A DNA stretch of 64,000 nucleotides from the NCBI GenBank assembly GCA_963719495.1, contig CAVRCI010000009.1:1-64000 (forward strand), read 5' to 3'. The DNA comes from an uncultured Verrucomicrobiae bacterium. GTDB taxonomy: Bacteria > Verrucomicrobiota > Verrucomicrobiia > Chthoniobacterales > JAATET01. This document shows, piece by piece, positions 19,588-27,437 of this stretch. The position numbers and the translations under genes were made by a program. Numbering within the stretch: position 1 is the stretch's first letter; each line of letters starts with the position of its first letter. Below the pieces are notes generated by a model. That model ran no database searches. It was not told where the DNA came from and was given only the letters and a program-made list of their open reading frames with translations.

Positions 19588-20760
19588 ATGACGACCAAAC
19601 GCGACTACTACGAAATCCTCAGCGTCACCCGCGACGCCGACGGCACCACCATCAAGAAGAGCTACCGCAAGCTCGCCGTCCAGTATCACCCGGACAAAAA
19701 CCCCGGCGATTCCACCGCCGAAGACCGCTTCAAGGAACTCGGCGAAGCCTACGAAATCCTCATGGACGGCGAAAAGCGCGCCGCCTACGACCGCTACGGC
19801 CACCAAGCCTTCGGCCAGGGCGGCGGCGGTGGCGGCGGACGCGGCGCGACCGCCGGTCACGACCCCTTCGACATCTTCCGCGAAGTCTTCGGCGCCAACG
19901 GCGGCGGGGGCGGCGGCGGAGGCGGCATCTTCGACCAATTCTTCGGCGGAGGCGGTGGCGGAGGAGCCGCCGACTCCAGCGGACGCCAACGCGGGGCCGA
20001 CCTCCGCTACGACCTCCAGATCGACCTCGAGGAAGCCGCCACCGGCGTCGAAAAGGAAATCGAGATCCGCAAGCTCACCAAGTGCGACCCCTGCTCCGGC
20101 AGCGGCGCGCAGAAGGGATCTTCCTCCGTCACCTGCTCCACCTGCCGCGGCCGCGGCCAGGTCGTCGTCTCCCGCGGTTTCTTCCAGGTTGCTCAAACCT
20201 GCCCCACCTGCAGCGGCAGCGGCAGCGTCATCGAGCGCCCCTGCAAAACCTGCGACGGTGACGGTCGGACCGAGCAAAAGAGCCGAATCAAACTCAAGAT
20301 CCCCGCCGGCATCGAGCACGGCTCCCGCCTCCGCTCCAGCGGCAACGGCGAAGCCGGCCTCCGCGGCGGAGCAGCCGGCGACCTCTACGTCGTCATCCAC
20401 GTCCAGGAGAGCGACATCTTCGAGCGCGAAGGGAGCGACCTCCACACCGACGTCCCCGTCCCCTTCACCACCGCCGCCCTCGGCGGCGAAATCCGAGTCC
20501 CCACCCTCGAGGGAGCCGTCAACCTCAAGATCCCCGCCGGCACCCAGGGCGGAGCCACCTTCAAGATCAAAGGCCAGGGCATGCCCATCCTCCATTCCTC
20601 GGCCAAAGGCGACCTCTACACCGAAGTGAAGGTCGAAGTCCCCCAAAAGCTCAACGGAGAGCAGCGCAAGAAGCTCGAAGAGTTCGCCGACCTCTGCGGA
20701 GACCACAACACCCCCCTCCACAAAGGCTTCACCGAAAAGCTAAAAAGCCTCTTCTCGTAG
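19588..20760 (+). CDS. dnaJ: Chaperone DnaJ
   Basis: J domain with HPD, G/F-rich region, four CxxCxGxG repeats. Confidence 0.97.
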   Translation: MTTKRDYYEILSVTRDADGTTIKKSYRKLAVQYHPDKNPGDSTAEDRFKELGEAYEILMDGEKRAAYDRYGHQAFGQGGGGGGGRGATAGHDPFDIFREVFGANGGGGGGGGGIFDQFFGGGGGGGAADSSGRQRGADLRYDLQIDLEEAATGVEKEIEIRKLTKCDPCSGSGAQKGSSSVTCSTCRGRGQVVVSRGFFQVAQTCPTCSGSGSVIERPCKTCDGDGRTEQKSRIKLKIPAGIEHGSRLRSSGNGEAGLRGGAAGDLYVVIHVQESDIFEREGSDLHTDVPVPFTTAALGGEIRVPTLEGAVNLKIPAGTQGGATFKIKGQGMPILHSSAKGDLYTEVKVEVPQKLNGEQRKKLEEFADLCGDHNTPLHKGFTEKLKSLFS

Positions 20761-20773
20761 AGAAGAGTCCCGG

Positions 20774-20819
20774 GGAGAACAGGCTTCCAGCCTGTCGTGC
20801 CGGGCTTCCAGCCCGGCAC
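20774..20819 (+). repeat. Double REP-like hairpin with TTCCA loops
   Basis: ggag-a-acaggc-ttcca-gcctgt then gtgccgggc-ttcca-gcccggcac, between convergent genes. Confidence 0.7.
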
Positions 20820-20850
20820 CTCGTAACCAAGCGCGCAGCGCCACTCCCCC

Positions 20851-21258
20851 TCACCCAAACGCCACCACCCCAAAAACAACCACATACCCCACCCAAACCG
20901 CGGTAAAAAACCAGTGCATCGCGGTCTCGAACCGCTTCCCCCGCCAAAGCGCGGAATCGTAAAAAAACCACTGCGCCACCAACCGGCAGAACCAGAAAAA
21001 CGCCAGCCCCCCGGCCACCATCCGCCCCAATTCCGACCGCTCCAGCAAAGCCCCCGGAGCCAGCGCGCAAAGCGCCCCCACGAGCACCAGAAACAGGCAG
21101 AGAAAAAAGCAGTGCGCGTAAAAAATCTGCCGATTCAGCAAAGAAACCCGCGCCATCTCCTCCCGCCACCGAAACCGCTTCGGAAAGAAAACGTGAGCCC
21201 CCGCAAGTCCAATCAGGCTCACCCCCACCACCCTCACCAGGACCTCCAGCCAGCTCAC
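20851..21258 (-). CDS. Hypothetical membrane protein (~4 TM)
   Basis: Hydrophobic ORF (HVFFPKRFRW, RL.AQWFFY); GTG start overlaps the upstream stop. Confidence 0.7.
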   Translation of the reverse strand: MSWLEVLVRVVGVSLIGLAGAHVFFPKRFRWREEMARVSLLNRQIFYAHCFFLCLFLVLVGALCALAPGALLERSELGRMVAGGLAFFWFCRLVAQWFFYDSALWRGKRFETAMHWFFTAVWVGYVVVFGVVAFG

Positions 21259-22010
21259 CGCGCCTCCCAGGCAAACACGCGCACCAGCGGAGTCACCACC
21301 CCCTCGTCCACCAACTCCCATCCCACGCCCGCCGCCGACTCCAACCAAGCCGCCCGCGAATGGAAGTGGAGAAAACCCGGCCCGTAAGCCACAAGGTTCG
21401 CCGCGTCCCGCAAGTGTTCCACCACCACGAGCCGCCCCCCCACCGCGCAAACCCGCCGCGCCTCCGCGAACATCCGCCGCCGCTCCGCCAACGTCCGAAC
21501 CTCGTGCGCCGCCAAAAACATCATCACCAAATCCGCCGCCCCGTCACCGACCGGCCACCCATCCAACTCCACCGAGACCGTTCCGGTGCCAATCGGATAA
21601 GCCCGCCGAGCCCGGGCAATCGAAGGCTCCGGATTCCGCACCGGATCGTAAAAATCCAGCACCGTCAGTTCCACCCCCGGATAAAGCTCCCGCAGCGCCG
21701 CGCTCGATTCATCGAACCCCGCGTGAACGTTCACAATCCGCCGAGGCACAGTGGGGACGAACCGCCCCAGCCACGTCCACCGGTAAAGCGGCGACCAATC
21801 GTAAACCCAGTGCGAAGCCGCCAAAGACGCGGCAACCGAGAACCCCGCACCCCCAACCCCCAATCCAACCAAACCCCGCACCCACCGAGGCAACCCCGGC
21901 AAACGAGCCACGACCCCACCCGCCACAAAAGCCAACCCAGCCCCCGCGAACATTGGCCAATTGAACCGAACGATGTTTCCCACCCCCTCGAATCGCCCCC
22001 GCGTTCTCAA
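21255..22010 (-). CDS. Class I SAM-dependent methyltransferase with N-terminal TM segments
   Basis: VNVHAGFDE, LAAHEVR, VVEHLRD; TTG at 22010 preceded by GGAGG. Confidence 0.75.
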   Translation of the reverse strand: MRTRGRFEGVGNIVRFNWPMFAGAGLAFVAGGVVARLPGLPRWVRGLVGLGVGGAGFSVAASLAASHWVYDWSPLYRWTWLGRFVPTVPRRIVNVHAGFDESSAALRELYPGVELTVLDFYDPVRNPEPSIARARRAYPIGTGTVSVELDGWPVGDGAADLVMMFLAAHEVRTLAERRRMFAEARRVCAVGGRLVVVEHLRDAANLVAYGPGFLHFHSRAAWLESAAGVGWELVDEGVVTPLVRVFAWEAR

Positions 22011-22080
22011 AATCCCTCCCCAACTTGTCGCGTCGGTCTGTGACCGTCGCTGACTAAACTCACAAGACTTCCGCCAATTT

Positions 22081-22842
22081 TCACCGCCGCCCCCCAAGCA
22101 GACTCACCACCGGCAACAACCCAACCGCAAAAACCGGCAACACCACCCCAAACTCCGGTCCAACCGCCAAAGCCGCCAACAACCAGCACCCCACCAGAAT
22201 CGCCGCCGGAACCAACCGATCCACCCGACCACCCCGCCAAAACGGCACCGATCCCACCAGCATTACGGGCAGAATCCCCCACCACCAATCCTCCACCACC
22301 TTCCGCTCCACCACCGTCCCCGCATCCACTCCCCGCAGCCCACACTCCACGATCCGTCCCCGGAAAAGCCCATCCAATTTCGGCGAAATCAACCCCTGCT
22401 CCGCCCGCATCTTGTCGACCATCAGATCCCCAAACTCGATCGTCGCCACCGCCCCAAAGGCGGACCCAAGATCCGCCGGAACCTTCTCCCCAGCGCCTCC
22501 AAAAACGACCGGAAACGCGATCCCCGCCAGCTTCGATTCCAGCAAAGCCTCGTTCGCCCCACCGACCACCGGATCCATAAAAACCACCGCCAGCGGCTCA
22601 AATCCCTCGATCGCCCGCAGCAAAAGCGCCGCGTCCAGCGGCTCGATTTCCTCGACGTCCGCCGCCGAATCGATCTCCACCCGCGTCACACCCCCAACCT
22701 CCGCCCGCACCCCCAACCATTCCCGATAAACCACCGAAGCCCCCCCCAGCCGCCCGGTCACCTCCGCAAAAGTCACCCCCCCAGCCAAAGCCACCAAAAC
22801 CACCGCCCACCCAATCCGCGTCCGCATACCCATCACCATCAC
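22081..22842 (-). CDS. Hypothetical membrane protein
   Basis: N-terminal and three C-terminal hydrophobic segments; in the minus-strand gene run. Confidence 0.55.
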   Translation of the reverse strand: MMVMGMRTRIGWAVVLVALAGGVTFAEVTGRLGGASVVYREWLGVRAEVGGVTRVEIDSAADVEEIEPLDAALLLRAIEGFEPLAVVFMDPVVGGANEALLESKLAGIAFPVVFGGAGEKVPADLGSAFGAVATIEFGDLMVDKMRAEQGLISPKLDGLFRGRIVECGLRGVDAGTVVERKVVEDWWWGILPVMLVGSVPFWRGGRVDRLVPAAILVGCWLLAALAVGPEFGVVLPVFAVGLLPVVSLLGGRR

Positions 22843-22850
22843 CCGTATCT

Positions 22851-22891
22851 ATCCGCGTAATCCGCGTAATCCGCGTAATCCGCGGTTAAAA
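22851..22891 (+). repeat. (ATCCGCGTA)x3 + ATCCGCGGTTAAAA solo arm
   Basis: Read directly; matches 27387-27417 and 10297-10328. Confidence 0.8.
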
Positions 22892-22901
22892 AAATCACCG
22901 C

Positions 22902-24563
22902 TCACCGGTCGAGCAACTCCTCCGCGTGCGCCAAAGCCGCCTCCCCGGTCCGGCTCCCCAGCATCCTCGCAATCTCATCCTTCCGCCCCCACCCGTCCAC
23001 GCGCTCGAGCCCCGAGATCGTCCGCCCCCCAACCACCGACTTCGCCACCACAAAATGTGACCCCGCCGCCGCCGCCACCTGCGGCAGATGAGTGATGCAA
23101 AGAACCTGACGCGATCCGCCGATCTCCGCCATCTTCCCGGCCACCGCGTGCGCCACCTCGCCACCGACGTTCGCGTCGATTTCGTCGAAGACCAGGACCG
23201 GCACCTCGTCCTGTGCCGCCAGCGAAGTCTTCAGCGCCAACATCACCCGGGAAATCTCCCCACTCGAAGCGATCGCCCGCAACGCCTGCGCTGGCTCGCC
23301 CGGATTCGGCGCAAAAACGAACTCCACCGTCTCCAACCCATCCGCCCCCGGCTCGTCCACCGCGTCCAATCGCACCTCGAAACCCGCCTTGAGAAAACCA
23401 AGATCCCGCAGATGCCGCCGCACCTCTGCCGCCAACTTCGGCGCCGCCTTCCCGCGCAGCTTCGATAATTTCCGTCCCGCCACCAACGTCGCCTCCCGAG
23501 CCGCCGCGATGTCCGCCCCCAGATTCGCCCGCCGCTCCGACCGCCCCCGCAACTCCGCCAACCGCCCGCGCGACTCCTCGCCAAACGCGATCACCTCCGC
23601 CACCGAACGCCCGTATTTCCGCTTCAGCATCTCGATCAAATCCAACCGAGCCTCCACCGCCGCGAGACTCGCCGGATCCGAGTCGATCCGCTCCCCGTAA
23701 TTCGAGAAATCCCTCGCCAAATCCCCCACCTCCTCCGCCAACGCCGTCACCCGTCCCGCCAATCCCTCCGCACCCGCCGCGTCCAGCTTCGCCATCTCCC
23801 GAGCCAAGCGCCCCACCTCGATCAGCCCATTTTCCAAGGAATCCTCCGCCCCCACCAACCCATGAGCCGCCTCCGCCGCCAGCACCGTCAACCGCTCCGC
23901 GTTCCCCCCGGCCATCTGCTTCGCCGCCAGCGGCGCCTCCTCCCCCTCCACCAACTCCGCCGCGTCGATCTCCCCCACCTGATGATTCAGCAGATCGATC
24001 TCCCGCTCCACGGCTTGCACCCCCGCCTCGCTCTCCGCCTGCTCCGCCACCAGCCCCAACCACCCCCGCCGCGCCTCCCGATACGTCGCCGCCACCGCCA
24101 CCGAACCCGCGAAAGCATCCACCAACCGAGTCTGCGCCTCCCGCGAAAACAAAGACTGATGATCGTGCGGCCCGTGAAGATCCACCAAACGATCCCCGAT
24201 CTCCCGCAGTAGAGCCAAAGTGCAAGGCGAGCCGTTGACAAACTGCCGCCCCGCCCCCGCCGCCACGATCACTCGTTTGAGGAGAAGCTGCCCCTCCTCA
24301 CAACCCTCCACTCCCGCATCCTCCAGCAACCCCGGCACCGCCGAACCGTCCGGAAGGTCCACGATCGCCTCCACCACGCACTCCTTCGCCCCCGTCCGGA
24401 TCGCCCCCTTATCCGCCCGCTCTCCCAGAAGAAGCTTGAGCCCCCCAATGAGAATCGACTTCCCCGCCCCCGTCTCCCCCGTAATCGCGACAAACCCCGC
24501 CGGAACCTCCCATTCCAAGGCCTCCACCAGCGCAAAATTCCGAATCCGAAGCGAAGCCAACAT
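22902..24563 (-). CDS. recN: DNA repair protein RecN
   Basis: LRIRNFALVE, TGETGAGKS, DLHGPHDHQ, ASSGEISRVML, VFDEID, ITHLPQVAA; ATG at 24563. Confidence 0.95.
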   Translation of the reverse strand: MLASLRIRNFALVEALEWEVPAGFVAITGETGAGKSILIGGLKLLLGERADKGAIRTGAKECVVEAIVDLPDGSAVPGLLEDAGVEGCEEGQLLLKRVIVAAGAGRQFVNGSPCTLALLREIGDRLVDLHGPHDHQSLFSREAQTRLVDAFAGSVAVAATYREARRGWLGLVAEQAESEAGVQAVEREIDLLNHQVGEIDAAELVEGEEAPLAAKQMAGGNAERLTVLAAEAAHGLVGAEDSLENGLIEVGRLAREMAKLDAAGAEGLAGRVTALAEEVGDLARDFSNYGERIDSDPASLAAVEARLDLIEMLKRKYGRSVAEVIAFGEESRGRLAELRGRSERRANLGADIAAAREATLVAGRKLSKLRGKAAPKLAAEVRRHLRDLGFLKAGFEVRLDAVDEPGADGLETVEFVFAPNPGEPAQALRAIASSGEISRVMLALKTSLAAQDEVPVLVFDEIDANVGGEVAHAVAGKMAEIGGSRQVLCITHLPQVAAAAGSHFVVAKSVVGGRTISGLERVDGWGRKDEIARMLGSRTGEAALAHAEELLDR

Positions 24564-24762
24564 GAAAAACCGAACCGCAAAGATTCCATAGCCAGCGAGA
24601 AATGTCGAAACATCACCCGACCCTTGACCTAAGAGCGTCGTAACCTCCACTTCTACCCAGCATCCCCCGTAGTGGTCGACGTAAGGAGACCTCGCCGGCA
24701 ACCCGCGCCAGCGGGAGCCGCCCGCATCCCCATTCGCGTCAATTCGCGTGTTTAGCGGGCCC

Positions 24763-26415
24763 TCACCGAAACACCTCCGGCACAAAATCCATGTCACTCG
24801 CCTCCGCCACCGCCAACCGGATCTGCGCCTCCAGCACCTCCACCGGCACCGGATGCTGATACCCCACCAGGCACCGCTTCACCGCCGCCACCGGCGACAA
24901 CCCCTCCAGCTTCGCAGTCCGATAAATCTTCACCGCCAACGCATCCGCCGCCCCCGGCGTCAGCAACCCCGGCAGCAACGGCTCGATCTCCGCGAAATCC
25001 TCGTCCGAAATCTCCACCTCCCGCCGCCGACACAGCGCCGCCAGCAGATCGAACGCCTCCCGCGCCGTCGTCGTTGGAAAAATCGGCACCTTCACGTCGA
25101 TCCGTCCCGGTCGCTTGAGATCCACCTCCACCAAATCCGGCCGACTCGTCGCCAGCACCCACACGACCTTCCCCCGGTTCGCCGGATTGCTCATCTCCGT
25201 CGCAAACATCGAATAAATCCGCCCCGACAATCCCCCATCGTTCCCCCCGGCGTCGCGCCGCCCCAGCACCTGATCCGCCTCGTCGACAAAAACAAAACAC
25301 CGCCCCAGCGCCTGCAACAGCCGGAAAATTTTCTCCAGATTCCCCTCCGTGCTCCCCACCCACTTGTCGCGAAAGTTTTTCAGCTTCACCACCGGCACCC
25401 CCGCCTCGCCCGCCAGACATTCCACCAGATACGTTTTCCCCGTCCCCACCGGCCCGCAGACCAAATACCCCATCGGCAGCGCCCGTAAATCATTCGCCCG
25501 CCAAAGCGCGAAATCCTGCCTAAGCACCTCCTTCAGCTTAGGCTGACCGTGCACGTCGTCCAGAGTCCGCGTCGGCTCGATGAACTCGATCAGCCCATCG
25601 CATTCCCGCTCCACGATCTCCCGCCGCATCGCCACCAGATCCCGGCTCCCCAGTGCCTTCCCCGCGTGTTCCCACCGCCGCAACCGACTTTCGATCGCGT
25701 TGAAAGACGCCCCCCGCAACTGCGTCCCCAGCCCCTCCCAATTCCCCGCGAACTCCGCCATCGCCACCGGATAAGTCGGGGCCAGAAACTCCAAGGCCGC
25801 CGCCAATTCCGCCGGTTCCGGCAACGGCACCTTCACCGTCACCGCCGCCGGATTGTTCACCAGCAGCGGATGCAAATCGTTGAGATTCTCCGCCAACAAA
25901 AACGTCGCCAGCGCGTGCGAAGTCAGCCGCGCGTCATTGCTCCACTCCCGCATCAACAGCGCAATCGCGCTCAAATCATAATTCAGCGCCCCCGGCACCG
26001 CCGGAGCCACCAAACTCGCCGCCCCCACCACCAGCGCCACCTGCGGAGCCGGCCGCCCCATCGCCGTCAGGTTCGAGCAATAGCGAAAGTAATGGGTCAG
26101 CGTCTCCACCGCCGCCCGCGGAGCCTTCGGCAAAGTCGGCGCCTCCGCCATCGGCGGCCACTTAGCAAACTCGTCCCCACCTCGCTCCACCCGAATCCCG
26201 TTCCCCAGATCGTAGCTAAGGATGACGTCGAACTTAGGCAACAGAATCGAAAGAAAGAAATCCCGCAGACTCCCCAGAGCCGGCGACCGCCCCGCCCCGA
26301 GAAAAAACCGATCATGAATGTTCCCATACAGAACAAACTGCGAAGCCGCCCCACTCTCGTAAGAAGCCGCAACCTCCAAAGCCCAAGGAGGTAAAGCTGC
26401 CTTCAAAACCGGCAA
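24763..26415 (-). CDS. Classical AAA+ ATPase
   Basis: Walker A GPVGTGKT, pore loop KWVG, Walker B VFVDEAD, SRH ATSRPD...LKRPGRID; start uncertain (TTG). Confidence 0.9.
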   Translation of the reverse strand: MPVLKAALPPWALEVAASYESGAASQFVLYGNIHDRFFLGAGRSPALGSLRDFFLSILLPKFDVILSYDLGNGIRVERGGDEFAKWPPMAEAPTLPKAPRAAVETLTHYFRYCSNLTAMGRPAPQVALVVGAASLVAPAVPGALNYDLSAIALLMREWSNDARLTSHALATFLLAENLNDLHPLLVNNPAAVTVKVPLPEPAELAAALEFLAPTYPVAMAEFAGNWEGLGTQLRGASFNAIESRLRRWEHAGKALGSRDLVAMRREIVERECDGLIEFIEPTRTLDDVHGQPKLKEVLRQDFALWRANDLRALPMGYLVCGPVGTGKTYLVECLAGEAGVPVVKLKNFRDKWVGSTEGNLEKIFRLLQALGRCFVFVDEADQVLGRRDAGGNDGGLSGRIYSMFATEMSNPANRGKVVWVLATSRPDLVEVDLKRPGRIDVKVPIFPTTTAREAFDLLAALCRRREVEISDEDFAEIEPLLPGLLTPGAADALAVKIYRTAKLEGLSPVAAVKRCLVGYQHPVPVEVLEAQIRLAVAEASDMDFVPEVFR

Positions 26416-26460
26416 AGCGAAGCGAGCATTTCAGAAGGCAATGCGAAGCGAGCCTTCGTC

Positions 26461-26513
26461 TCAAGGAGCGGCGATTTGCAATCGCCGAACCAACCAAAAT
26501 CCGCGCAGCGGAT
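26461..26513 (+). repeat. REP-like palindrome, TCAA-GGAG family, copy 2
   Basis: Core identical to the copy at 14930; followed by hairpin atccgc-gca-gcggat. Confidence 0.8.
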
Positions 26514-26527
26514 CAAACCGCTCACCC

Positions 26528-27298
26528 TCACTGCGCCAAAGAATCCGGCCCCATCGACTTCGTCCCCTCCGCCGCCTTCGCGCCCCCATCACCATCACCC
26601 GCAACCCCACCCTCAGCCTCCATCGCAATCCCCTCCGCCGCCGCAAAATCCGCCAGAGCCAGATCCGCCAACGCCGTCTGCTCCGCCTCCTTCATCTGAA
26701 TCTCCGGCGTCATCACGCTATCCCGAGCCACCCGCGCCCGGCCCGAAGCCTTCTCCCGCTCCTCCTCCACCATCGAATGCAGCCGATCCAGCGTGTCACC
26801 CGACCCGCCCAACTGCCCGATCATCCCCGAAGCCATCTCCGTCAGCTCCGCCTGCGCCTTCTTCATCTTGAGATCATTCAGCCCGAACTTCAGCGCCTCG
26901 ATCTTCGACCGCGCCTCCTTGATCGACACATCCCGCGCCCGCATCAGCTCCTGGTAAGTCTTCTCCGCCTCCTCCGCCTGCGTCCGATTCTCCGCCAGCT
27001 CCCGAGTGATCGTCTGCAACCGCAACGCATTCTGCGCCGCCAGCTCCCGGTTCCCCGCCCGCAGCAGCGCCGTCGTCCGAGCCCGCAGCTCCCGCTCCTC
27101 CGTCTCCAGCTTCTTCACCTGCGAGATCAATCGCTCACAAAGCCCCGCGTGCGCCGCCAACCCCTCGTTATACCGCGACACCTGCGCCCGCAGATTCTCC
27201 TTCTCCACCTCCAGCAGCGCCTCCGGACTCATCTTCTCGAGCCCCCCGATGAAAAGACTGAGAAAACCTCTGACGATATTGCTGAGCCGTCTGAACAT
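26528..27298 (-). CDS. PspA/IM30 (bacterial ESCRT-III) family protein
   Basis: N-terminal amphipathic MFRRLSNIVRG, P..LLE, long coiled coil, LRAGNRELA. Confidence 0.82.
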   Translation of the reverse strand: MFRRLSNIVRGFLSLFIGGLEKMSPEALLEVEKENLRAQVSRYNEGLAAHAGLCERLISQVKKLETEERELRARTTALLRAGNRELAAQNALRLQTITRELAENRTQAEEAEKTYQELMRARDVSIKEARSKIEALKFGLNDLKMKKAQAELTEMASGMIGQLGGSGDTLDRLHSMVEEEREKASGRARVARDSVMTPEIQMKEAEQTALADLALADFAAAEGIAMEAEGGVAGDGDGGAKAAEGTKSMGPDSLAQ

Positions 27299-27386
27299 AA
27301 GCCCTTATCCGCGCAAACCAGGAAGCCATCAAGCCAAACCACCGCGAAGGTGAACACAAGGGGACCGCAATACCCACCACTCACCC

Positions 27387-27417
27387 ATCTGCGTAATCCG
27401 CGTAATCCGCGGTTAAA
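27387..27417 (+). repeat. 9-mer ATC(C/T)GCGTA repeat, solo arm
   Basis: atctgcgta atccgcgta atccgcggttaaa. Confidence 0.75.
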
Positions 27418-27437
27418 GATCACCTCACCAACGGCGG

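Noticed and set aside
19818..19965. GGC triplet runs in dnaJ
   Set aside because: They encode the normal Gly/Phe-rich linker
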